Shown: positions 41,111 to 51,199 of the stretch, in pieces
Position numbering within the stretch: position 1 is the first letter of the stretch
How the letters are laid out: the number at the start of each line of letters is the position of its first letter
NCBI GenBank assembly: GCA_963422735.1
Contig: OY730476.1
Span: 192,001-256,000, forward strand
DNA: 64,000 bases
Direction: 5' to 3'
Source: Candidatus Latescibacterota bacterium
GTDB taxonomy: Bacteria > Latescibacterota > UBA2968 > UBA8231
Notes under the pieces: model-generated
Told to the model about the DNA's origin: nothing
The model's database searches: none
What the model saw: only the letters and a program-made list of their open reading frames with translations
Translations under genes and position numbers: made by a program

Positions 41111-41293
41111 GGCATAACCCTTACTGCGCTCTTGTCCATATTTGGACTCGAATGTGGACGATGAAACTCCTGCCCGTTCACTCAAGACAGCTCCCAAGGC
41201 TTGCAACAATGCTTCGACATCACGCCACTTGATATTGCCCGATATAGGCTATGCAAATACGTCATTGAATGTTTTCCTATGGCGTTTATTCAT
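41107..41293 (-). pseudogene. hicA: HicA toxin, internal stop and deletion
   Basis: MNKRHRKT..VFA*PISGNIKWRDVEALLQALGA, FHRPH. Confidence 0.7.
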
Positions 41294-41407
41294 TGTTCCA
41301 TGGCCAACACTTATGAGAGTACTTCAGCTATATCACGAGCATCAAGCAACGCAATATGCCACCGCTGTGCCCGACGCGTAATGGTGCTTTCGCAGAGGCC
41401 GCACGAA

Positions 41408-43912
41408 TCAGTACGCGCTAGCGACGAGTTTGGCAATCGTCGTTTGCCCGCCTTCGGCATCGACCTCCACACCGACCCGACACAGATACAGGCCCGGCGG
41501 CGTCAAGCGGCCCTGATCGTCCCGCCCGTCCCAAGTCAAGCGCTGCACTCCGGCGGCGTGTGCCACCACCGGGGCCGTCTGCCGCACGCGCTGGCCGTCT
41601 AAGCCATACACCTCTAGCACCAACGCCTTGGCACCCTGCACCGCGAACACTGGAAACACCAATTCCACCACGTCGTTGATCCCGTCCCCATTGGGTGTAA
41701 ACGGGTTTGACGACGTGGCCACCTCGCCCAACAGCCCGCCGCTAAATGGGGTCAACACCTGCAAGCTGCGGCCGACGTCGGCATCTACCCGCTGCCACAC
41801 CCGCTCGTCGCCTTCGCCCAGCCCTACCTGCACGGTAAAAGCATTGCTCGCGAGGTAGAGCACACCCGAAAACTGCACCGCGACGAACTCTTCCCCCTCC
41901 GTCACGGGCGCGGATAGCCGCACCCACAGCGAATCGGTCCCGGTCTTTACCCTCGTCACTTGTACGCGCTCCGTGCCCACAACCACTTCCTCCAGATCGA
42001 CCGCTGCCCCAGGCGGCAATATCACTAGTACTTGGTCGAAGCCGCGATTGCCAGCTTGGAACTGCGGCTGCAAAGACAGCGCGAAGACCGTGCGCTCCCC
42101 CCGCTTTTGTGTCTGCCGCGGCTGCACCTCGCCTAGGATCTGGCTGGCCAAGGGCCAATCCAACGCGATGTGTAGCCGGCGCAACAACACCGCTCGGCCG
42201 GGGTCGTCCGAGCGCAGCGTGGCCTCCACTATGGCGTAGCGGCGCGGGCTTGGCGAGGCAATCGGTGCGTCCGTGGCCGAGTAGAACGGACTCCAAGAGC
42301 TCCAGTCGGTGCCGGGAACCACCGAGATGGTCGAATCGCCGCGCTGAAAGCTGAGTAGCTTGCGATATTTGGCCTCGGACACCTCTTTCCCGGCCGTGGT
42401 GAAGTAGTGGATTTCCTCGTTGAGTTGGTTGCCGGTGCGCGTGCGAAATTGCACTTGAGTGCCCGGCGGGGCGTCGGCGGCCCAGTGAATGGAAGACAGG
42501 ATGCGCGGGTCGCTGCCCAACTCCATAGGTGCTGATTGGAGCGTCACTTGCGGGAGAAAGCCGCGACCGTAGATCTGGAGTTCGCGGATGCCGGAATTGG
42601 CCCAATTTGGGACGATGAGTACGCGGTAATCCATCTTGAAGTAGCGCGCCTTGGTGAGCGGAAAGGCATTGTTCTGATAAAAAATGTGGGGAAACAACCC
42701 GCTGAAGCGGCCCGGCTCTTGGTCGGCGGTTTCCCGTGCGGCTAGCCCAACATAGGCCAAGCTGCCGTCCGGGTTGCGCTGCCCATTCGAGAGGTTGATG
42801 GCGTAGTTGGGAAATGCGCCGGTAAAGCCGTGGGCGATGTTTTCGCGGTCAAAGCCGATGACCACTCGGCTGATCCAGAACCAAGTCCCCAAGTCGAAGA
42901 GAAGTTCGCGGTTGAACTCCACGTCAATGTGCTCGCCGCCGCTGACGCCCACTTGCTCGGTCCACACGGTCTTGTAGTCGCCGTCCACGGCCAAGCGCTC
43001 CGTCCCGGTATTGCTCGTACCCCCGATCAACCCACCCCGGTTCAGCGCGCCCAAGCTGATGTTGTCGCCCTCGGTCCACACCTCCACCTCGGCCAGCCTG
43101 GGCCGCTCCCGTCGATGGTACTGAACCGGGCCGGCGCGCGATTCGCTCAGCTCTGCGTGTTGGGCTTGGTCGATCTGCCGCAAAATGCCCGAGGACTCGC
43201 GCAAGAAGTAGAGCACATCGCCGCGCTCTTCCTCCAGCAAGCTGTTCCAGCGGGTCTCGCTAACTTCGTGCCCTTGGCCTCGCCCACTGGCCGTGGCCAC
43301 GATCTGGACGAACTGGAACATGTCGCCGACAAAGCCTGTGTCCGCTTCCTGAGAGGGCTTCAGGTCAAACTCGAAGACGCGCTGGGTTTTGTTCAACCCT
43401 TCGCTGCGGCCGGCCTGCGCGAAGCGGAGTGCCTTGCTTTGGGAGAAAGCCGGGAGGCCGTTGGACGTGAGTACCTTGAACTGTAGGAAAGGGTCACCTA
43501 GGCCTTCTGGGGCGAATTTCACCACGATTTTGCGCGCCCAGACCAAGCGGCCCAGGTCGATCTCGACCCACCAATCGCGGAGGGACGCGCCCAAGTCTGG
43601 CTCCCAGAAAGTATCCTCTTGGCCGTCTATGACATTCGCAGCCTCGGCCAAGTTTGCGCCCGCCGCCCTGACCCCGCCCTGCCCATCTTCGCCGTACACA
43701 AAGTTTGGGGCGTCTAGCGCGGCGTTGATTTGCTCGCGGATGAAGTTCGGCCGCACCCCTTCCGGGCCGAATTGCACCGTGCCTGCGGCTACCTCCCATT
43801 CCGCCCAGTCGCTCTCGTCAACGGCGACCCGGTCCGATTCGATGCGGTATCCTTGGGGCCACGCCGCAGGGGCGATCAGCAGGGCGCAGACAACGAGCCG
43901 CAACCAAGTCAC
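41408..43912 (-). CDS. Large secreted protein with FlgD-Ig/T9SS-type C-terminus (paralog 2)
   Basis: GTG start overlaps the upstream stop; collinear with 34273..36765 (FWEPDL, GDPFLQFKVLT, YRKLLSFQRGDST, NPFTPNGDGINDVVELVFPVF). Confidence 0.8.
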   Translation of the reverse strand: MTWLRLVVCALLIAPAAWPQGYRIESDRVAVDESDWAEWEVAAGTVQFGPEGVRPNFIREQINAALDAPNFVYGEDGQGGVRAAGANLAEAANVIDGQEDTFWEPDLGASLRDWWVEIDLGRLVWARKIVVKFAPEGLGDPFLQFKVLTSNGLPAFSQSKALRFAQAGRSEGLNKTQRVFEFDLKPSQEADTGFVGDMFQFVQIVATASGRGQGHEVSETRWNSLLEEERGDVLYFLRESSGILRQIDQAQHAELSESRAGPVQYHRRERPRLAEVEVWTEGDNISLGALNRGGLIGGTSNTGTERLAVDGDYKTVWTEQVGVSGGEHIDVEFNRELLFDLGTWFWISRVVIGFDRENIAHGFTGAFPNYAINLSNGQRNPDGSLAYVGLAARETADQEPGRFSGLFPHIFYQNNAFPLTKARYFKMDYRVLIVPNWANSGIRELQIYGRGFLPQVTLQSAPMELGSDPRILSSIHWAADAPPGTQVQFRTRTGNQLNEEIHYFTTAGKEVSEAKYRKLLSFQRGDSTISVVPGTDWSSWSPFYSATDAPIASPSPRRYAIVEATLRSDDPGRAVLLRRLHIALDWPLASQILGEVQPRQTQKRGERTVFALSLQPQFQAGNRGFDQVLVILPPGAAVDLEEVVVGTERVQVTRVKTGTDSLWVRLSAPVTEGEEFVAVQFSGVLYLASNAFTVQVGLGEGDERVWQRVDADVGRSLQVLTPFSGGLLGEVATSSNPFTPNGDGINDVVELVFPVFAVQGAKALVLEVYGLDGQRVRQTAPVVAHAAGVQRLTWDGRDDQGRLTPPGLYLCRVGVEVDAEGGQTTIAKLVASAY

Positions 43913-44613
43913 GCGAGCCTTTCCTCCCCTACCTGCTGGCACGCAGCGATGAATTCCTCGGCCGTGGTAGTATAACCGATCAGATGTTCAAAGTTGCGCA
44001 GCGTGATCCGGTTGATCCAACCGCCCTCCGGCAAGCTATCGTCTAGCGTATCTGGCATCTCGATCTCACCGGGGGCGTTTGAACAATCGCGCAAGAGAAT
44101 GACGCGGTAATTCCTCCCTACAGCTTCGGCGCAGGTGTAGTGCAAGCAGGCCCGCCGGCTGTAGCCAACCACGAACAGCGTCTTAATGCCATAGCTGCGC
44201 AAGTGCTGGTCCAAGAAGGTGTCGTGGAAGCCGCTCCAGATCCACTTGGGGAAATTGCGCTCGCCCTCGCGAGGGGCCACGCAGTCGAGGTATTCGGGTT
44301 TGTATTCTTGCCGCGACCAGCTTGCAATACCATTGCCTCCCTTGGTCTTGCCCCAGATCTCGCCCACGATGTTGCCCGGGTCGGCCACTAGGCGCAGATC
44401 GTTGTGGACGTAGTTGACCAGCATCCCGCTGTTGCGGGCGGCTTGCAAAGCCGGGGCGATGAAGTTCTTGGTCGTTGGATTGGGCGAGTGCCCATCAACA
44501 TCTACCAAGAGAAAGGCGCACTCGGCGAACTTCAAGGTCAGGGGTTCGTACCCGTAGTCGTACCCGCCGGGATAATCCTTGTAATAGCGAATGGGGATTT
44601 GGATGTTGGCCAT
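43909..44613 (-). CDS. Isochorismatase-family cysteine hydrolase
   Basis: AFLLVDV, PKWIWSGFHDTFLDQHLRSYGIKTL, ACLHYT, VILLRDC. Confidence 0.85.
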   Translation of the reverse strand: MANIQIPIRYYKDYPGGYDYGYEPLTLKFAECAFLLVDVDGHSPNPTTKNFIAPALQAARNSGMLVNYVHNDLRLVADPGNIVGEIWGKTKGGNGIASWSRQEYKPEYLDCVAPREGERNFPKWIWSGFHDTFLDQHLRSYGIKTLFVVGYSRRACLHYTCAEAVGRNYRVILLRDCSNAPGEIEMPDTLDDSLPEGGWINRITLRNFEHLIGYTTTAEEFIAACQQVGEERLA

Positions 44614-44627
44614 AGGGGCCTCCTTTT

Positions 44628-44768
44628 GTTAGTGGTTAGTGGTTAGTGGTTAGTGGTTAGTGGTTAGTGGTTAGTGGTTAGTCCCCGCGCCGCCCCTAGG
44701 GATCCCTAAATAAGTCACTGATCACTGATCACTGATCACTGATCACTGATCACTGATCACTGATCACT
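44628..44768. repeat. Two inverted heptamer arrays, (GTTAGTG)~8 and (TCACTGA)~8, with a 32-bp spacer
   Basis: Arrays at 44628..44682 and 44715..44768; spacer contains the palindrome TAGGGATCCCTA. Confidence 0.95.
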
Positions 44769-44773
44769 CGCCA

Positions 44774-46675
44774 CTAATAAACCACCGCGACGGTTCCCGC
44801 TAGCTGATCGCCGCCTTTTTCCGACTCTACCGATATGCGATAAACGTACAGGCCCGGGGGCACCCGCTCGCCGCTTTCGTCCCGGCCATCCCAAGCAAAG
44901 CGCAAGTCGCCGCTGTGCTGCTGCCCGTCGTGGATTACCCGCAGCGAGCGGCCGGACAGGTCGAAGACCGCAAGGCGCAAAGGCACCTCTTGAGTTACCT
45001 GCAACAGCTTGAAAGAGAAGTGGATCTGCTCGTTTACCCCGTCGCCATTGGGGGTGGCAATTTTCGGCTGCACCGCTAGATCGTCCAGTAGGCGACGAGA
45101 AATCGAGGTGCGGACCGTGAGCACCTCGCTTGCTATCTCACTGGCCGCATTGCCGCGATTGATGGGTTGCGCCAGCTCTAAAGGGCGCTGTGAGTCTCGC
45201 ACCCAACCGCGAAAGGTCGTGCCGTAGCGCAGCACCGGAGCGCGGAAGAACACTTCGATCACTCCGCCGGAATCCTCGGATGTGCGAGGGGGAAACAAGG
45301 CGACCGAGAAGCGCAGCGAATCCGGCTCGACGTGCACGGCGAAGCTGTCTAAGCCGGTGGCTTGGACCGAATCCACGCCAGTCACGCCAAAGGGCGCGGC
45401 GATTTCCACCCCGTCAAAACCAGAGTGCTGTGCGCGGATGATGGGCTGAATGGCATACCTGAACGACGCGATCTCGCCCAAGGTGACTTCAGGGGGGTAT
45501 ATTTCGCCCAGCACCTCCTCGGCGAGAGGCGGCTTGGTCGCCGAGAATTCGATGAACTCTAGCTCGCCGCCTTCGCTGCCTACGGGCAAAAAATCGACCC
45601 GCAGTTGAAAGACTGAATTGGGACCGGGCGAGGCTATGGAAGTTCCGCTGCTGTCGGCGAAAGTGTATGGCGACGACCAGAAGCTCCAGTTGTCAATGTC
45701 GTAGGTGATTTCGCCGGCCTCGCCCGGTTTGAGGAAGAGATAGTCCGCCGCGTCGAGGGGTTGGCCCGCTTCGTCGAGCGATGTCACTTCATCGCCCCGG
45801 CCAGTGAAGCGCCAATACACGTTTGGATCGAGATCCTTCCCGGCCCGCGATTGGATCCAGACGCGGGCGCGGGGATCCTTGCGGCCTCGCCAGCGAATGT
45901 CGCCCCACACGGCCGGCTCGCCGAGGTCGATAAACGGGCCGACGTACGAGGCTTGGTGCGCGTAACCTACGCCATAGACCTCTACTTCGCCGATGTGCAG
46001 GGCCTTGGGCGACGCTCGGTAGAGCAACAGGCCCACGCTGCGGGCGAGGGCTGGGGGAAAGCGCACGTCTATGGTGTCCTGCACGTTTTCAGGTAGCTCA
46101 AAGACGATATGGCCGCCGACGCGGGCGGCACCATACCCCGATACGTTGTCTTTCTTCTGTACGCCGAGGTCGGCGGTCACGTCCAACTTGTCGGGATACA
46201 GGCCGCTCTCGGCGGCGACGATCCGCACCCGGTTCACAAAGAACAGGCCGCCGAGGTCCATGGTGATGCGCCGCGTCTCCAAGTAGCGCTGGCCCGTGAA
46301 CCGGCTCTGAATGCCCTCCACCCATTCCCAGAACGTCGCGGGATCGGCGTCGATCATGTTCTTGGAGCGATCGGTGATGGAATAGCTCGCTACCCCGCTC
46401 ACCCGCACGTAAGGCCCCGCGTTCCGCTCGGCACTGGTGAGAGCGATATTGGTCGCCGGCGTCAAAAAGATCGGCCGCAGCGTTCCGGCGGTGAGGGCCT
46501 CGGTGTCGAGACTTTGCTCCTCCTCGAAGTCGCTCCAAGACAATTGATGGAAGTTCACCTCGGCCTCGCTCGGGCGGGGCAGGTCCTCGCCGCCGATGCG
46601 GTAAATTTCCACGGCTCCGCCTCTTCCCAGCGAGAGCCCCGCGAGCACGAGGGCCAGTAGCGTCCTTTTTCTCAT
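44774..46675 (-). CDS. Secreted protein with FlgD-Ig/T9SS-type C-terminus (paralog 3)
   Basis: MRKRTLLALVLAGL signal; IDADPATFW, MDLGG, TPNGDGVNE, WDGRDESGERVPPGLY. Confidence 0.8.
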   Translation of the reverse strand: MRKRTLLALVLAGLSLGRGGAVEIYRIGGEDLPRPSEAEVNFHQLSWSDFEEEQSLDTEALTAGTLRPIFLTPATNIALTSAERNAGPYVRVSGVASYSITDRSKNMIDADPATFWEWVEGIQSRFTGQRYLETRRITMDLGGLFFVNRVRIVAAESGLYPDKLDVTADLGVQKKDNVSGYGAARVGGHIVFELPENVQDTIDVRFPPALARSVGLLLYRASPKALHIGEVEVYGVGYAHQASYVGPFIDLGEPAVWGDIRWRGRKDPRARVWIQSRAGKDLDPNVYWRFTGRGDEVTSLDEAGQPLDAADYLFLKPGEAGEITYDIDNWSFWSSPYTFADSSGTSIASPGPNSVFQLRVDFLPVGSEGGELEFIEFSATKPPLAEEVLGEIYPPEVTLGEIASFRYAIQPIIRAQHSGFDGVEIAAPFGVTGVDSVQATGLDSFAVHVEPDSLRFSVALFPPRTSEDSGGVIEVFFRAPVLRYGTTFRGWVRDSQRPLELAQPINRGNAASEIASEVLTVRTSISRRLLDDLAVQPKIATPNGDGVNEQIHFSFKLLQVTQEVPLRLAVFDLSGRSLRVIHDGQQHSGDLRFAWDGRDESGERVPPGLYVYRISVESEKGGDQLAGTVAVVY

Positions 46676-46719
46676 GGCGTCTGCCTTAAAAATGATAGCT
46701 AATTGTTTTGAAAGCCCCC

Positions 46720-49416
46720 TTAGTCGAGCCCGGCATAGACCGTCACAAACTGGGATGCGCCGGTGAAAGCGTCCTCTCCCTTGCGGTCGATGCGGCTGAC
46801 GCGCAGGCCCATCTGAGTGGTCAAACTGTATCCTAAATACGCGCCGGTGTTGGAGTACTGGATGGCGAGAACCGTCTCTCGGTAGTCTGGTTGCAAGCCC
46901 AAGGCCCGCACTTTTTCCGCGTCTTCGAGCTGGCTGAATATGGTGTATTCCAACCCGGCCCTCAGTTCGGAACTGGTCAGGATGGCGACCTCGCCGATCA
47001 AGAACAAGAGCAGGGCGTTTTCCTTGCGCACGGGATCGTTGCTCAGCAGCGGTGCTTCGCGGCGGTGTTCGTTCTTGACCTTGGGTGCCAACACCACGCG
47101 GCCGATCGCACGCCGGTACTCGGCCTTGTTGATCAGGCCGAAGAACTGGAAGTTTTCGCGCACGTCCGGCTGCTCGTCGTTTTGGTGCCAGATGTCGTAT
47201 TTCAGCTTGTTGGTGAAAGTCAGGCCGGGTATAGCGGTGTAATCGAAACTGACAAATGCGGAATTGATATAGGTGTTGAGCGCGGCCAAGGGGTCTTCTA
47301 TGCGCTGCAACGCGCCCGGGGCACCGGTCGGCTGCACCCACTGGACGACATTGTCGGCAATCTCGTCCTCGACTCGCTTGAACATGTCGAAGATGCGGAG
47401 CCGACCCACGCCGGCCATGTCTTTGTCCCAGGTAACAACTCCGTACGCGGTTTGTTCGCGCTTCTTGGCCGAGAGCATGCGCTCCTGTTTGTAGCCTGCG
47501 GTCAGCCGCATCTCGGGCGTGAGATGTATCCCGACATACACATTGTAGCCTCGGCGGTTGCGGTCGTATGGATAATCCGGGTCTTCGTCGTTTTCAAAGC
47601 GGTCAATCCAGAAGTTGTTGTTCATGTCCATGCCAAACAGAAACTCCGGGCGATCTACGTGGTATCGCAGGAAAGGCTCCTCGTAGTCGGGGACGAAGTT
47701 CGGCCGGAACTCGTTGTCGTTTTGGTTGAAATCAGAGATGAAGTCGAGGTTTTCGTCCCACCCGGGGAAAATCCGCAAATCCGGCCCGAACTGGTTGAGA
47801 CGCAGCCAGTCGGGGATGCGGTCTTGGTCGTCGTTGTCATCGACCCACTCATAAAAATTGGTCGTTGGATCTGTGTAGTCGATGTCGCCCGAGGGCGAGG
47901 CAATCAGGCTGGTGGTGCCGTAGTTGTAATCCATGCTATAGGTCTCGGCAAAGAGAAAATAGGGATAGCTCTTCTTCGACAGATTGACCATATAGGCATT
48001 GGCTTGATCTGCAGCCGTGTGGTGGGTCGCAAAAGCGCGGTTCGGGTATTTGCGATAGTGCCGACTGCGGTCGAATTCCGCGTACAGATCAAAACCCAGC
48101 ACGCCCCGTGCCTCCAAGGTAAACCCGTAGATGTCGTTCCCGGTAGGCAGGCCGTAGTCGAGGCGCATAAGCCCCAAGTTGGAGCCGTCCTGTACATTGC
48201 CAGCCGCCCGCTTGGCCGTCAGAAAAACGGGCTGGCCTTCGGGTATGTTGAGCTGGCGATCCGAGCTCATTTCGATGTGGTAGTCGTTGGCCACTACCAA
48301 CTCGATCTGCGCGCGGCGAATGGTCGAAAGCTCCGGGCCGGTGTACGACGGGGAGCGGAAGTCGTAGGTCATTTCGATTCGTTCGTCGCCATCGGCCGCG
48401 AGGAATCCGAGGCGTTGTAAGCCGCCATCGATGATCGGCTCAAAGCCGATTTGACTGCCCCGCACCGTCTCTTTCTCGACCTCGACGACGCGCTCGCCTT
48501 GTTCTGTCTCGCGCGCTACCTCGGTCTCGGATTCAATGATGATGTCCCACGAAAAAAGAGCCGCCCCACCCTCGCGATCTTCGGGCGAATCATCGCTCAG
48601 GCGGATGAAAATTTGCCCGATGTGCTCTAGATTTTGCCCAACCGTCAGCGAACCGGTCCACGGGTTGCCCTCGAAGCTCTCCAACAGGGTTTGCGAGTTG
48701 TGGGCGTTGATATAGAGGCCGCCTACCTCGACAAAGTCGCCGATCTGCGTCGTGCCGTAGAAGCCCAACAGGTTGGTGCTATTGGTGGTTTCAACCGACA
48801 CGCTCCGCGCCAGCCCCGGAGAGCTAATCCGCGACATCAAGAAGGTCAGGCTGTACTTGTCGGACTGAAAGTCGGCTTGGATGCCGTCGAAGGCCGGCTT
48901 GGAGAACGTCATCGGCGTTAGCGTGGTGCGGATCTTACTGCCGATGGTCAGGGCCAAGTTGTTTTGTCCCTTCTGGTCGGAAGCAATGACGAGCTCGTTG
49001 AACCACCCGCTGAACCTAGAGGTCTTGAAGACCGTGCTACCAAACTGCTGGGGCTGATTCTGGCTCCAGTCGTAGATGAGCCAGCCGCGGTTGATAAAAG
49101 ATCCATAGAGGTCGTAAAAATAATCGCCCTCTATGTCGCTGGAGACGTAGCGCTGGTACAGGTCGCGGGCGTAGTTGGTGTATTCCCATTGTTTCCAGCC
49201 GTAGAGCTGGTATAGCTCCTGGGGCGCGTACCAACGCCGCACGGCCGGGTCTAAGGCGTCGAAAAGCACCCCCGGCCCCACGGGTTCATACGAGACCTCG
49301 CCGCCTTGCTGCACCCCCAACCTACTGCCGTAATCTTCCCTTCCCTGAGCCTCAATATCGCCGCCCGTCGCCGCGGCAATCAGGGCTGTCAGTAAAAGCA
49401 AGTTTCGTCTGGCCAC
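46720..49416 (-). CDS. Large exported protein, probable outer-membrane beta-barrel with Asp-rich loops
   Basis: Signal peptide; alternating aromatic strands; DDNDDQDRIPD and DMNNN motifs; C-terminal FVTVYAGLD strand. Confidence 0.65.
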   Translation of the reverse strand: MARRNLLLLTALIAAATGGDIEAQGREDYGSRLGVQQGGEVSYEPVGPGVLFDALDPAVRRWYAPQELYQLYGWKQWEYTNYARDLYQRYVSSDIEGDYFYDLYGSFINRGWLIYDWSQNQPQQFGSTVFKTSRFSGWFNELVIASDQKGQNNLALTIGSKIRTTLTPMTFSKPAFDGIQADFQSDKYSLTFLMSRISSPGLARSVSVETTNSTNLLGFYGTTQIGDFVEVGGLYINAHNSQTLLESFEGNPWTGSLTVGQNLEHIGQIFIRLSDDSPEDREGGAALFSWDIIIESETEVARETEQGERVVEVEKETVRGSQIGFEPIIDGGLQRLGFLAADGDERIEMTYDFRSPSYTGPELSTIRRAQIELVVANDYHIEMSSDRQLNIPEGQPVFLTAKRAAGNVQDGSNLGLMRLDYGLPTGNDIYGFTLEARGVLGFDLYAEFDRSRHYRKYPNRAFATHHTAADQANAYMVNLSKKSYPYFLFAETYSMDYNYGTTSLIASPSGDIDYTDPTTNFYEWVDDNDDQDRIPDWLRLNQFGPDLRIFPGWDENLDFISDFNQNDNEFRPNFVPDYEEPFLRYHVDRPEFLFGMDMNNNFWIDRFENDEDPDYPYDRNRRGYNVYVGIHLTPEMRLTAGYKQERMLSAKKREQTAYGVVTWDKDMAGVGRLRIFDMFKRVEDEIADNVVQWVQPTGAPGALQRIEDPLAALNTYINSAFVSFDYTAIPGLTFTNKLKYDIWHQNDEQPDVRENFQFFGLINKAEYRRAIGRVVLAPKVKNEHRREAPLLSNDPVRKENALLLFLIGEVAILTSSELRAGLEYTIFSQLEDAEKVRALGLQPDYRETVLAIQYSNTGAYLGYSLTTQMGLRVSRIDRKGEDAFTGASQFVTVYAGLD

Positions 49417-49429
49417 AAAACACTCCTTG

Positions 49430-51154
49430 TCAATAGGCGATGGCCACCGCGCTACTGCTGCGCTCGGTGCCGCTGTCGGTCTCCACTTCGACTTGCAGGA
49501 TGTAAAGCCCTAAAGGCAGTAGTTCGCCCTGTGCATCTCGGCCATCCCAAGGGAGTTGGAATCGCCCGCTCTTGCTGCCAGCCGCTGGCAGCTCTGCGAC
49601 CTGATTGTGTGCTAAGTCGTAGATCCGCAGTGCAACCGGCGCTCGGCCCGTCAGATAGAGCAGATCGTAGCTGATCGTCGTGTAATCGTTGATTCCGTCG
49701 CCGTTGGGCGTAAACATGGCCGGCGTTGCGGACACCCGATGCACCAAGCGCTGGCCCTTCAAGGGCACTCGCACGCTCAGATCGTCTCCCGCAAAGAGGA
49801 GAGCGGCGTTGCCGCTTTCGATCGCTTGCGGCAGCGCGCCCTCTCGCGTGGTGTCGAGCAGGCGTCCGGTAAACACGGTCTCATAGCGCAGCACGGCCGT
49901 GTCGAAAACCACTTGCAGGGCGCGATTGCCGATCTGGCGCACAAAGCTGGCCCGCAGACCGTTGGCCCCTAGTTCCTCGCTGAACTCGATCTCTTGGCCA
50001 TCTACGCGCAACTCGCGCAGGGCGCGGACCGGGGCCGTAGTGTCGATTTCCAAGCGGTCGAATCCCCGGGCGTCCGTCACCTCGATGGTATAGACGAAAC
50101 TCGTATCCACGCCTACGGGGACCTCCTGTGGCCATATCTCGCCGATTATCGACTGCGCCAAGGCCGGGCGAAAGACCTCGAAAGCGAGTGAATCCACGGC
50201 CATGCCATCTTCGAGTCCATCGCTTGCAAACGCCATGCTGAATTGGAAATAGCGGCGCGGTGCCGGCGAGAGGATCGGATCGCCGCTGCTCCGATAGGGA
50301 GTGGACCAAGGGCTCCAGCTAGCAGGCTCGTCGTCCGGCGAGGGGCGGCTGCCGCTGCGGGTGCGAATGACGAGCCGCGACCGCTGCGGCAAGCCCATTT
50401 GCTCGGTGGCCCATTGCAGCCGGCCCCACAGCGCATCCTGCTCCATGTCGAAGACCTCGGACAGGTAATCCGCCTCGGGCACGAACCCGCTGCCAAAAAT
50501 TTCCAGTTCGTCGATTTCCCAATTGAACCGCTGCGTGGATTCCAAGCGGATATAGCGCACGTATTGCAAGGGAAATCGCACATCGATGGTGTCGCGGCTA
50601 TTACTGCCGTCTTGGGCCGTGACCGTGAGCAAGGTCTTGTCCGGCAGCTTCTCGACTGAGGCGGCCACGATATCTGCGCCGAATGCGCCGTCGTTGATGG
50701 AAAGCACGTAGCCTTTCATAAAGTCGCTCTTGAAGGCTCGGCGCGGAAAGAAGCGAATGTGATTGACGCCAAATCGAGCGCCTAAATCGAAGACTAGGAG
50801 GATTCCGGTGGCCACCACGTTCTTGGCCTCAAAAGCCGTGTCTATATCGCCGTCCACCATGCTGTGTAAACGCTCTTCGAGCACGGCTGAGGTCAGGCGC
50901 AAAACGGCCTGGGCGTTGGGCGAAGTCACCCGGCCGCCGCGCTCGAGGATCCCGGCGGCGATATTGGTGTTTTCCGCCACGCTGCGGGGCTGGATCCAAC
51001 CGGCGCGGGAGCCAAAGTCGATGACCGGTGCGGATGCGGCCGCCTCCTGCCAAGTCGCGCCGCTTCCGCTGCCCCCGATCACGATATTTTCCGTCGCTAG
51101 GGCCGCCGCAGCGAGCAACCCCACTAGGGCCAAGGCATTGCGCTGTCTGCTCAT
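49430..51154 (-). CDS. Secreted protein with FlgD-Ig/T9SS-type C-terminus (paralog 4)
   Basis: ATG 51154 after AAAGG; signal peptide; VDGDIDTAF, FDLG, FTPNGDGIND, WDGRDAQG. Confidence 0.8.
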   Translation of the reverse strand: MSRQRNALALVGLLAAAALATENIVIGGSGSGATWQEAAASAPVIDFGSRAGWIQPRSVAENTNIAAGILERGGRVTSPNAQAVLRLTSAVLEERLHSMVDGDIDTAFEAKNVVATGILLVFDLGARFGVNHIRFFPRRAFKSDFMKGYVLSINDGAFGADIVAASVEKLPDKTLLTVTAQDGSNSRDTIDVRFPLQYVRYIRLESTQRFNWEIDELEIFGSGFVPEADYLSEVFDMEQDALWGRLQWATEQMGLPQRSRLVIRTRSGSRPSPDDEPASWSPWSTPYRSSGDPILSPAPRRYFQFSMAFASDGLEDGMAVDSLAFEVFRPALAQSIIGEIWPQEVPVGVDTSFVYTIEVTDARGFDRLEIDTTAPVRALRELRVDGQEIEFSEELGANGLRASFVRQIGNRALQVVFDTAVLRYETVFTGRLLDTTREGALPQAIESGNAALLFAGDDLSVRVPLKGQRLVHRVSATPAMFTPNGDGINDYTTISYDLLYLTGRAPVALRIYDLAHNQVAELPAAGSKSGRFQLPWDGRDAQGELLPLGLYILQVEVETDSGTERSSSAVAIAY

Positions 51155-51199
51155 ATCGCCTTTTGGGAGAGTTGCGCCCCGGCCGGTCTTGCCCAGCCA

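Noticed and set aside
1210-41250. In-frame TAG stops (1210, 26266, ~41249) as pyrrolysine or recoding
   Set aside because: They occur in modules that also have frameshifts or deletions, and many intact genes here end in TAG.
1536-44768. Heptamer arrays as CRISPR arrays
   Set aside because: No unique spacers, units far too short, and no cas genes in the window.
46676-47341. N-terminal extension of the 855-aa ORF
   Set aside because: Overlaps the 46720..49416 gene in another frame; the signal peptide begins at 46675.
46891-48420. 509-aa plus-strand ORF
   Set aside because: Antisense shadow of the 898-aa gene, common in GC-rich DNA; no recognisable motifs.
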